Assembly (NCBI GenBank): GCA_001774945.1
Contig: MFBL01000058.1
Location: forward strand, 1 to 34,370
Length of the DNA stretch: 34,370 bases
Source: Candidatus Curtissbacteria bacterium RIFCSPHIGHO2_12_FULL_41_17
GTDB lineage: Bacteria > Patescibacteriota > Microgenomatia > Curtissbacterales > GWA2-41-24
Direction of reading: 5' to 3'
Under the pieces are notes generated by a model. The model saw only the letters and a program-made list of their open reading frames with translations. It did no database searches and was not told the origin of the DNA. The translations under genes were made by a program, and so were the position numbers. This document shows, in pieces, positions 1 to 7,681 of this stretch (positions within the stretch are counted from its first letter, which is position 1; every line of letters starts with the position of its first letter).

Positions 1-2
1 CA

Positions 3-878
3 CCGGGCCCTGACTGGGTGCAGGATGGGCAAGTTTTAGACACCTGGTTTTCGTCCGGTCTGTGGCCAATGTCAACACTTGGATGGCCAAATGATTGGAA
101 AATGGTAAATGGTAAATGGAAAATTGAAAATTCTTATTTTCCGTGGGATTTTGAAATATCGGCACCGGAAATTAAATACTTATGGATTGCGCGAATGATT
201 ATGTTTTCCGTTTACTTTACAGATCAAATTCCATTTAAAACTATGTTTTTCCATGGGATGCTTAGGGACTTGCAAGGACGCAAGTTTTCAAAATCACTCG
301 GCAATGGAATCGATCCTACCTACTTAATTAAAAACTGGGGGGTTGATACAACAAGAATGGCGCTTTATTCATACGCAATTCCTGGCCGCGATGGACGGGT
401 ATCAAAAGCAATATTAGATGAGAGGGGCAAAAATTTCCGTAATTTCGGGACAAAGCTGCGAAATATCACCAGATTTATACTCGAGCTGGCGCCCGAAAAA
501 ACAGATGGTTCACGGTTCGCAGTTGACGGTTCACAGTTTAAACACCCGGATGATAAATGGATTAAAAAGGAGTTAGACAGTCTGTGCGCTAGAGTGACTA
601 AGCACCTTGAACAAATCGAGCTTCATTTAGCAGTTGACCAACTATATGAGTTTGTCTGGCATCAATTTGCTGATGTTTACATCGAAAAATCCAAAAAGAG
701 AAGACTCCAGGCACAGTCAATATTAGAGTACGTTCTAAAAAACGTTTTAATTCTTCTTCATCCATTTATGCCTTTTGTCACAGAGGAACTCTACCAGAAG
801 TTTGACAATAGGGAAAAGTCTATTATGTTAGAGTCATGGCCATCCTTCGCTAAAGCTACGGATGGTAAACCTTCATAA
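3..878 (+). CDS. valS: Valyl-tRNA synthetase, C-terminal part (5'-truncated by window)
   Basis: Contains 'VLDTWFSSGLWP..TLGWP', a KMSKS-like 'KFSKSLGNGIDP' and anticodon-domain 'LLHPFMPFVTEELY'; frame is open from base 3. Confidence 0.95.
   Translation, partial: PGPDWVQDGQVLDTWFSSGLWPMSTLGWPNDWKMVNGKWKIENSYFPWDFEISAPEIKYLWIARMIMFSVYFTDQIPFKTMFFHGMLRDLQGRKFSKSLGNGIDPTYLIKNWGVDTTRMALYSYAIPGRDGRVSKAILDERGKNFRNFGTKLRNITRFILELAPEKTDGSRFAVDGSQFKHPDDKWIKKELDSLCARVTKHLEQIELHLAVDQLYEFVWHQFADVYIEKSKKRRLQAQSILEYVLKNVLILLHPFMPFVTEELYQKFDNREKSIMLESWPSFAKATDGKPS
97..131 (+). repeat. 5 x 7-nt tandem array (GGWAAAT) inside valS
   Basis: ggaaaat ggtaaat ggtaaat ggaaaat tgaaaat; encodes WKMVNGKWKIEN. Confidence 0.8.
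504..538 (+). repeat. 5 x 7-nt tandem array (consensus sAcrGTT) inside valS
   Basis: gatggtt cacggtt cgcagtt gacggtt cacagtt; encodes DGSRFAVDGSQF. Confidence 0.8.
840..865. repeat. REP-like hairpin, family B (TTCGCTAAAGCTWC core)
   Basis: ccatcc-ttcgctaaagctac-ggatgg; a related copy at 961-995 (cccgc..cttcgc..aaaagcttcg-gcggg). Confidence 0.65.
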
Positions 879-1481
879 ATGTATTTACCGCATAATTCTC
901 GCCCTTCGATAAACTCAGGGCTTCGAAATTTGCAATTCCCGCAAATTTCTCGCATTATTTCCCGCACTTCGCTTTTTATTAAAAGCTTCGGCGGGCAAGC
1001 CCGCGGCATTTCTATTTTTACTTTGCTTAGGATTCTAGGCGTAGCAATCGTTTGCGCTTCTTTTTTAATTTACTTTTCGAATCAAAACCAACAACAGGCA
1101 AGCAGAATCAATGCCTTGGAAAAAGCGGTTAGTCTTAAACCTTCTGATTTTAATAAGAGACTAAGGCTTGCTCTTTCATATGAGGAGGAATTTAAAAAAA
1201 CCAGCAATTTGCAAAATTTAGAAAAAGCCCTGGAAGAAGCTAAAGTCGCCCAGCAACTCGATCCTCAGAATTTAAATGCTCAAAGACTAATATTGCGGCT
1301 TAATAAGGAAAACTCTGCCGAAATTAAAAAGGAAATTCAACAGGTTGCGACGATTGTTAAAAATCGACCAGACTACCAGGCAGCGTGGTTGAAACTGGCA
1401 GCACTTTACGAAAAATTGGGAGATGAAAAGAATGCACATGATGCCAGGAACAGGGCAAAATTATTAAATCAAAACTTTTAA
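879..1481 (+). CDS. Membrane-anchored TPR-repeat protein; N-terminus built from repeats, true start uncertain
   Basis: One hydrophobic segment followed by TPR-like motifs (LEKAVSLKP, AQQLDPQN, PDYQAAWLKLAALYEKLG). Confidence 0.75.
   Translation: MYLPHNSRPSINSGLRNLQFPQISRIISRTSLFIKSFGGQARGISIFTLLRILGVAIVCASFLIYFSNQNQQQASRINALEKAVSLKPSDFNKRLRLALSYEEEFKKTSNLQNLEKALEEAKVAQQLDPQNLNAQRLILRLNKENSAEIKKEIQQVATIVKNRPDYQAAWLKLAALYEKLGDEKNAHDARNRAKLLNQNF
901..921. repeat. REP-like hairpin, family A (TTCGRYAARCTCA core)
   Basis: gccc-ttcgataaactca-gggc; the same core occurs at 6574, 7244 and 32828-32892. Confidence 0.7.
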
Positions 1482-1483
1482 AG

Positions 1484-2110
1484 CTAAATCTGATCTCTCC
1501 CTGAGAATTTGCCTTCGACAAACTTAAACCTGATTAAAACGATTGAGGGAAGCGAAAGATATAAACCATCGGCTTTCTGCAGGTAGGTCAAGTTAGGGCT
1601 ATAGACAAACATTTGATCGCTTCCGATAGGCGGTGTTTGTGCAAAAGTCAAATAACCGGCGTTTTCGGCATAAAGTTGAAGTGATTCAGCTATAGGCGAA
1701 ACTGAATCTATTGTCTTAGGTTCGCCTAGTGGTTTTGACTGAACATACCCGAGAGCTTTCTCCAAATCAAAACTAGGATCAAGAGGTACAAACCCGTTAG
1801 GCGAAGCCAAATTAGGGTTTGCTCTTCGCTCAGCCAGCGGAATCGGGAGAGCATTTTCAGCAAACTCGTGGTAAAGGTAGGTCACATCGGGAAGTGATGC
1901 TATTATCAGACTCTTGATTCCAACCTCAAAGGTCAATCTGCCATCAAGTCCAACCTTGACAACTGTTCCATCGTTAGGAATGACAATCTCTGGAATTTCT
2001 TTTGTCCTTTGAGGCTCTTTAGTAGAACAGCCAATCGTGAGTAAAATTAACTTTAATCCAGCTTCAATAAACCACTTATTAAATTCTCTACGGGAAATTA
2101 TTTCGACCAT
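1484..2110 (-). CDS. Hypothetical protein, probable lipoprotein
   Basis: 208-aa ORF; N-terminal SRREF, a hydrophobic stretch and lipobox-like TIGC. Confidence 0.6.
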   Translation of the reverse strand: MVEIISRREFNKWFIEAGLKLILLTIGCSTKEPQRTKEIPEIVIPNDGTVVKVGLDGRLTFEVGIKSLIIASLPDVTYLYHEFAENALPIPLAERRANPNLASPNGFVPLDPSFDLEKALGYVQSKPLGEPKTIDSVSPIAESLQLYAENAGYLTFAQTPPIGSDQMFVYSPNLTYLQKADGLYLSLPSIVLIRFKFVEGKFSGRDQI

Positions 2111-2133
2111 GATAAAGATGATAGGAGGGTGGA

Positions 2134-2880
2134 TTACTTCTTTGGTTCTGACTTTACCTCTTCCTCTGGTTCTCCTGCCGTTTCTTCTGCCTTTTCTGCG
2201 CCTTCGGCTTCAGGCACTTCTGCGACTTCGGCTTCCCCGACTTTTTCTTCGCCCTCTGCCGCCTGCGCGACAACTTCGGCTTGCTCTGCCTCAATCTCCG
2301 CTTCGACAGCCTCCATCTCTTTAGTAACAAGTTCACCTATCTGGGCAACGACAAGTTCGGCATCATGAAGAATCGTCACTTTATTTCTGTCAACGGCTAG
2401 ATCCTTGATCTTAATTTCGTCACCGATATTTTCCAGTTTGGAAACGTCAAGTGCTATTTTCTCCGGAATATCAGCCGGCAAGGCTTCGATCTCGACTTCC
2501 GAAACCGGAGTCAAAAGAAGACCAATTTTCTTTTCAACGGCTGGAGCCTCGCCGACAATCTCAATCGGCACGTTGACTTTTACTTTTTCCGTAAGGTTAA
2601 CCTGATAAAAATCGATATGCAAATGTTCACTTGTTACGGGATGAAGCTGGACGTTTCTTACCAGAACCGGCTTTTTTGAGCCGTCTACCGCCAGATTAAT
2701 GATTCCTGTTTCCCCTACCTTTTCAAAGACTTTGGAAAAGTCGCTGTTTTTTACCTGAACGTGAATGGTAGTTATTTTGTGGCCGAAAACATGCGCCGGA
2801 ATTATCCCTTCCCGCCTTAGGGTTTTAACTTTCCTTCCCAAAACATTTCTTTTTTGAGCAGTTAAAGGCACTTGTTCCAT
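2134..2880 (-). CDS. rplY: 50S ribosomal protein L25 (long Ctc form)
   Basis: 'LRREGIIPAHVFG', 'VQLHPVT..HLHIDFY', TL5 C-domain and an acidic tail. Confidence 0.95.
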   Translation of the reverse strand: MEQVPLTAQKRNVLGRKVKTLRREGIIPAHVFGHKITTIHVQVKNSDFSKVFEKVGETGIINLAVDGSKKPVLVRNVQLHPVTSEHLHIDFYQVNLTEKVKVNVPIEIVGEAPAVEKKIGLLLTPVSEVEIEALPADIPEKIALDVSKLENIGDEIKIKDLAVDRNKVTILHDAELVVAQIGELVTKEMEAVEAEIEAEQAEVVAQAAEGEEKVGEAEVAEVPEAEGAEKAEETAGEPEEEVKSEPKK

Positions 2881-2996
2881 GGTCGAATGATATTAACAAA
2901 ATAAACATGACAGGTCAACTAGATTTAGATGTCACCTCTTTACAACTTCAATCTTCAGACTATCTCTTAATTTTACATTCAATATCAAACGTTTCA

Positions 2997-3005
2997 TGGT
3001 ATAAT
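2997..3005 (+). promoter_or_regulatory. Extended -10 promoter (TGnTATAAT), probably near-leaderless transcript
   Basis: tggtataat 8 nt before the ATG at 3014. Confidence 0.5.
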
Positions 3006-3013
3006 CCGCAGCT

Positions 3014-3292
3014 ATGATTGAGAGAGGGTTTGAACTTTTAAGAAAACTTCCAGCAAAGGCCGAAGCGGTTATTGGGGCAGTTGGAACAACCGCTTACGGA
3101 GTAACTGCGGCTGCTCCGGCTGAAGTCCAAGATGTTTACGGAGAAGTTCCCATAAGCGGGTGGTTGATAAACATATTGTCAGCAGCCGATTTAAGAATAG
3201 CGGCAGGAGCTTTAGTAATTGTTTTTGGGGCTGTAGCTTTTGACGGTCTTAAGAGACTGCTGAGTGAGCGGCATGCCGCAGGTGATGAGTAA
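3014..3292 (+). CDS. Small hypothetical membrane protein
   Basis: 92-aa ORF with hydrophobic segments, divergent from rplY, with a promoter-like motif upstream. Confidence 0.55.
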   Translation: MIERGFELLRKLPAKAEAVIGAVGTTAYGVTAAAPAEVQDVYGEVPISGWLINILSAADLRIAAGALVIVFGAVAFDGLKRLLSERHAAGDE

Positions 3293-3294
3293 AA

Positions 3295-3369
3295 TTATCT
3301 TCTGGTCACTTCAATTGTAAACTGACGATCGACTGCCAAATCGGTTGGAATTTTGAGGTTTTGCTTATT
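3295..3369 (-). pseudogene. Remnant 3' end of a DUF4012-gene allele
   Basis: Translates NKQNLKIPTDLAVDRQFTIEVTRR*, versus NKQNLTVETDLAADRQFEIEVVKK* at 3664-3738 (16/24 identical); an in-frame stop lies just upstream. Confidence 0.8.
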
Positions 3370-3449
3370 TTGGCTTTATTTCTATCTTTTGCTTTGGCTT
3401 ATCAAAACAAACCTTGAAATTATCAAAAAAGCCTTTTTGGCCTAAGAGA

Positions 3450-3647
3450 CTATACGAATATTGGACCGACTAGAGGGACCACGGCTTGAGGGACTTTCGT
3501 TAGAATTGGCTCTTTAAAGCCTTTCTCGTGAGCTTCACGATAGACCTTTTTAGCCGTGTCTCCTGAGGAGATCACTCTCTTTTCGTCTGGCGTGAGAGCC
3601 ACCCGTTTGCCTTTATATTTTTTATGAATTTCTTTAAAACTAGCCAT
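3450..3647 (-). CDS. DUF5678-like small protein
   Basis: 'KYKGKRVAL...VISSG..AKKVY.EA...G...P' pattern; the ATG at 3647 is preceded by TGATATAAT (3666-3658). Confidence 0.65.
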   Translation of the reverse strand: MASFKEIHKKYKGKRVALTPDEKRVISSGDTAKKVYREAHEKGFKEPILTKVPQAVVPLVGPIFV

Positions 3648-3663
3648 AATTGTTCCAATTATA

Positions 3664-6555
3664 TCATTTCTTAACAACTTCGATTTCAAACTGGCGGTCG
3701 GCTGCTAAATCGGTTTCGACGGTGAGGTTTTGCTTATTTGAGTACTTTTCATCTCCATTGACAGATTTTGTCAGCAGGTAACCGGGCAGGTTAAATTTAA
3801 ATTCCAAAGGGTCATTTTCGGTTCCGGGCTGTTTTTGGATATACAAGTGATAAGTGGGGGCGCTTTCAAGTTTAATGTTTCTGGGTATGCGATAAGAAAA
3901 ACTTACTTGTTTAGTTGATTTAATAGGCACTTCTACATACGTTGCAAACGTGGCAAGAGGCCCTGTGGTGGTAACTTCAACGGATTTAAGGTCAGTGATG
4001 TCGCCGTTTTTAATCTCAAACAAATCACTTCCCGCGGGTACGTAAACGCGCAGGAAATTAACGTATTTGCCAGCCGGCCAGGTTTCTGCCTGGCTATTAT
4101 TTGTATAAGTAATTGTTAAGCGGCCGACCAGATCCGCATCGCGGCCCACAGTCATTTCGTATGAAATTTTCCTTTGCAAAAACCTATTGACTTTATTGGC
4201 GCCAAGATTAGCTTCGGAAATAGCCAAAAAATCTCTGGTTTGGGTACTGTTATCACTAACATCAAATTGTCTGGGAGGCAATGGGCTGTCCCATCCGTGA
4301 GTGGCTACATAGGAAGCAAGGGTCGGGTTGTCAAATGAGACCAAGATGTGTTTTTTCTCCAGGCTTTCTTTAAAAACTTGCACAAGGGGTAAAAGCGGGG
4401 AAGCTGTCTTTTCATTATCTTTTAAAGTAGTAATTTGGGCAATGTCAGCCAAAACCTGGCTGATCATCTTTCTGGATAAAGACCCAAAAAAATCCCTTTT
4501 TTGGGTGGAACCCGGGAAAAAGCCGACCTCGCTGTAATATTCTCCCCGTTCGAACAGATTCTGGGCAGAAATTTCCTCATTATAATCATCAAGTTTGACA
4601 GGCCCCATTTTCCCAAGAACATCCTGAATAAAAGTTAGGTCGAAAGCAATTACTCCATCGACATTTCGGCCCGTTTCCTTTTTGAAAAAGTCTCTGGCGG
4701 TAGCGGCATTAAGGGCAAAATCGCCGCTCCAGTTAGAATCGCGAAGAAAAAAATTGTCAATTCCTAATTTTTCCTTAAGTTGTTTTGGGGGCTGGATTTT
4801 TTCCTTAAGTTGGCCGTCAATTGTGTAAATATCATCAACATTAACAGCATTTAGTTTCCCGCCTTCAAACTCAAGAGTGCCGAAATTGCCGATAAAGCCT
4901 CCGCCAGGCCGCAGTTCACTATTGTTTTGCAAAAGGATTAGGTAGGTTTTTTGCCCACCGCCGGTGAAGTCATTTAAAAGTTGCGTTATTTCCAGAGCCG
5001 AGGAGGATAAGTTATGGAGTTTTTCGAATGAGTCCTTTAAGGATTCAATTTTTGCTGCAAATGGCGCCGATTTTTTAGCTTGTGAACTTAAGACGACTGC
5101 TTTTGAGGAAAAAAACAAGGCCCTCTTAAAATCAGCTGAGGGCGCCTCCAAATCAAACCCATCGCTACTTGTTTGTTTAGAGGTGATGAGCGCAAAGTCT
5201 TCTGAGAGTGTTTTTGCACCCAGGCTAAAATAGAATAACGATTGAGAACCTGCGCCAGCTGCCGCAAATGCCAGATTGGTGCTTTTTATCTTCTGGGAAA
5301 TTACTAAACTCAATGGGAAAGACAGAATATTAAACTTATTTTGTGCTGCTTTAAAAGAATTTTGGGCACCTTTGGCTTTACTTTCAGCTTTATCAAAGTT
5401 TGCCAACATTAAAGCTTTTTTGGCATCATTTAATTTACTTGCCCCCAAATAAACATCAAGCCCTGTTTTTAAAATAGAGCCAAAAAGAATTAAAAGCAGT
5501 AAGATAACCAAATTTTTAAAACGTAAATTTAAGGTAATTTTGGGGACTTTTAGCCTTAGTCTTTCGGAAAAAGACTGAGTATCTGCCTCTTGGGGGTGCA
5601 ACTTTTCCCAAGACGGGCTTTGGTAATTTGTCCTTTGATGTTCCCTTGGAACTTGGTTTGCGCTTGAAAAAAGGCCCTTATCTTTAAAATATTCAAAGGT
5701 TAGCTTTAGGCCTTCTGTGAGTTTAATATTGGGATTAAAACCTAAATGTGACGCGTTAACTAACGGTTGCGGCGTGATTTTGTTTTTTGCAGGTCCTCCT
5801 GCAAAAAACAAACCCAGCTGCTTTGCACCGACAAGTGAGGCAACATTTTGAATTTCATAAGCAACCGAAAGAGAAGAAATTGGCTCCTCGCAGACAATAA
5901 TCTGCACGTCTTTGGTTTTAGGCGAAAAGGCAAATTTATTAATAGCTTCAACTGCGTCACTGATATAAGTCGGGTAGATCATTTTCATGCCTTCTTCTTC
6001 AAGGATTACCTTGTCTGTTGCAACTGCTTGGGAAATAAGAGATGCCAACTCCTTTTGGACCGGCCCTAGGCTGATTTGAGAAGAAACTGGCATTTTAGGG
6101 CCATAAATGTCACCTACAAGAAATATCCTCAGCTTGGCGCAAGTTGCATCATCTTTTATCAAATAATCAAATGAATCTATCCTAAATGAAAGAGGGGCTA
6201 CCAAAACTACTTGCGTCTTGCCAGTTTGGGCGAGGGCAATTATCGATTTGGTCGCCTGCGAAAAATGATGGAGAGCCTCATACGAATCCTTAGCAACGCC
6301 TGCTTCATCAAGATGAAAGATAAGATCAAACTGTGGTAAATAAGAGGGTAAAGGCTGACCTAATTCAAGCTCAAGAAGCGTAAAATTTTCCTTTGAAAGA
6401 AAAGGACTAAGCAGGCGGGAATTGCCTACCCCAAAAACATCGCAATTTTCAAGTATCAGAGAATCGGTAAGAGATGCACCCAGGTATGAGCCTGCACCGG
6501 TTATGAGAACCTGAGTCCTGTTATTTGAAAGTTTCAAGCGGGCAGATTCTTCCAT
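3664..6555 (-). CDS. Degenerate NAD-dependent epimerase/SDR domain + TM + DUF4012 domain protein
   Basis: N-terminal 'VLITGAGSYLG' Rossmann motif, a central TM helix and the DUF4012 signature 'LLQNNSELRPGGGFIG'. Confidence 0.8.
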   Translation of the reverse strand: MEESARLKLSNNRTQVLITGAGSYLGASLTDSLILENCDVFGVGNSRLLSPFLSKENFTLLELELGQPLPSYLPQFDLIFHLDEAGVAKDSYEALHHFSQATKSIIALAQTGKTQVVLVAPLSFRIDSFDYLIKDDATCAKLRIFLVGDIYGPKMPVSSQISLGPVQKELASLISQAVATDKVILEEEGMKMIYPTYISDAVEAINKFAFSPKTKDVQIIVCEEPISSLSVAYEIQNVASLVGAKQLGLFFAGGPAKNKITPQPLVNASHLGFNPNIKLTEGLKLTFEYFKDKGLFSSANQVPREHQRTNYQSPSWEKLHPQEADTQSFSERLRLKVPKITLNLRFKNLVILLLLILFGSILKTGLDVYLGASKLNDAKKALMLANFDKAESKAKGAQNSFKAAQNKFNILSFPLSLVISQKIKSTNLAFAAAGAGSQSLFYFSLGAKTLSEDFALITSKQTSSDGFDLEAPSADFKRALFFSSKAVVLSSQAKKSAPFAAKIESLKDSFEKLHNLSSSALEITQLLNDFTGGGQKTYLILLQNNSELRPGGGFIGNFGTLEFEGGKLNAVNVDDIYTIDGQLKEKIQPPKQLKEKLGIDNFFLRDSNWSGDFALNAATARDFFKKETGRNVDGVIAFDLTFIQDVLGKMGPVKLDDYNEEISAQNLFERGEYYSEVGFFPGSTQKRDFFGSLSRKMISQVLADIAQITTLKDNEKTASPLLPLVQVFKESLEKKHILVSFDNPTLASYVATHGWDSPLPPRQFDVSDNSTQTRDFLAISEANLGANKVNRFLQRKISYEMTVGRDADLVGRLTITYTNNSQAETWPAGKYVNFLRVYVPAGSDLFEIKNGDITDLKSVEVTTTGPLATFATYVEVPIKSTKQVSFSYRIPRNIKLESAPTYHLYIQKQPGTENDPLEFKFNLPGYLLTKSVNGDEKYSNKQNLTVETDLAADRQFEIEVVKK

Positions 6556-6607
6556 ATTTCGATTTTACTCAATATGGAACCCTGAGTTTGCCGAAGGGTT
6601 CCATTTT
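6550..6607. repeat. 58-bp direct repeat, copy 1 (contains family A hairpin 6574-6604)
   Basis: 57/58 identical to 7220-7277. Confidence 0.9.
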
Positions 6608-7225
6608 CTAAACTTTAAAGTAAGTTTTAAAACCAATCGTTACAAGGGCAAAAACAAATCCTGCGATTGCCCCAAAGATGATAAGGGCTTTGGGTTGAGG
6701 TTGTGCAGTCACAGGCACAATAGCAGTACCAATCGGTTTAAGCTGAAATTCACTGTCCCCAGTCAAATCAACAATTTTTTGATTGAAGCGATCTTTTGTC
6801 TTGTTCATAGTTGATCTGGCACTGTCTAAATTTGCAGCATAGATTGAAAGCCGAATAAGTTGAGGGGCAATTTTTCTGGCAGATAAGGCAGTGGCTTGGG
6901 TTGTCACTTCATTTTTAAAATCAGGGCTTAGAATAATAGCAAGAGCAGTGTCCGTAAAATTCCTGGCTTTCTCGGTGGCGTAAAAGCCTTCAAAACGATA
7001 GACAGCATCTTGCGCTTCTTTGGTGGAAGCAATAGATTCCCCCGTTCTTTCGGCCGGGGTTCTTTCTTCTTCACTCACGCTCATAATAAAAAACAGCTGT
7101 TCATAGCGGGGACCTTTGTTGATTTTTGAGACAAAAACGAGGGCCAAAGCTATCCCTAAAACTGTAAAAAGGGCAACAAGATATGCGTTTTTTTTAAGTA
7201 TTTTGATGTATTCTGCAAGTTCCAT
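6608..7225 (-). CDS. Wzz/YveK-like polysaccharide co-polymerase
   Basis: 'MELAEYIKILKK' start, N- and C-terminal TM helices, Pro-rich segment before TM2; glycan-gene context. Confidence 0.6.
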   Translation of the reverse strand: MELAEYIKILKKNAYLVALFTVLGIALALVFVSKINKGPRYEQLFFIMSVSEEERTPAERTGESIASTKEAQDAVYRFEGFYATEKARNFTDTALAIILSPDFKNEVTTQATALSARKIAPQLIRLSIYAANLDSARSTMNKTKDRFNQKIVDLTGDSEFQLKPIGTAIVPVTAQPQPKALIIFGAIAGFVFALVTIGFKTYFKV

Positions 7226-7277
7226 ATTTCGATTTTAATCAATATGGAACCCTGAGTTTGCCGAAGGGTTCCATTTT
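7220..7277. repeat. 58-bp direct repeat, copy 2 (contains family A hairpin 7244-7274)
   Basis: 57/58 identical to 6550-6607. Confidence 0.9.
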
Positions 7278-7681
7278 TATGTTGCGCCATTTAGCGCGAT
7301 ATTTACCAGTCTATCTGCCTCCTTATTTTTAGCCCTTTCAATATGGCGATAAGAAATTTTACCAAAGTTTGCCTCAAGGCTTCGGACTTTAAAAATCAGT
7401 TCCCTAAGTTTGGCGTTTTTAACCTTATAGCGGCCAGCCATTTGTAAGACCACCAGCTGAGAATCAAGATAAATATTTAAATCGTAAGCTTTAAAGTTTT
7501 GCGATAACCACTTGAGGGCCTCAACCAGTGCAGTATACTCAGCAACATTATTGGTGGCAACACCAATGAAACCGGCCGCTTCTTTTTTTAAGGTACCGTT
7601 TTTTTTAACCACAAATCCCCAGGCAGCCGGCCCGGGATTGCCTCTTGCGCCACCATCGCAATATACGCTAAGTGTGCTCAT
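7277..7681 (-). CDS. rnhA: Ribonuclease HI family protein
   Basis: 'DGGARGNPGPA', 'TNNVAEY', 'DSQLVV', 'NKEADRL' motifs. Confidence 0.9.
   Translation of the reverse strand: MSTLSVYCDGGARGNPGPAAWGFVVKKNGTLKKEAAGFIGVATNNVAEYTALVEALKWLSQNFKAYDLNIYLDSQLVVLQMAGRYKVKNAKLRELIFKVRSLEANFGKISYRHIERAKNKEADRLVNIALNGAT

Noticed and set aside
3295-3738. Diversity-generating retroelement TR/VR pair (repeat of a gene 3' end, Avd-like genes in window)
   Set aside because: Mismatches are not adenine-specific (many T/C and G third-position changes) and there is no reverse transcriptase in the window.
6550-7277. CRISPR array or integron attC cassette
   Set aside because: Only two copies, separated by a whole gene, and no cas genes. 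The hairpin has AAC...GTT but is only 31 bp, too short for attC, and no integrase is seen.
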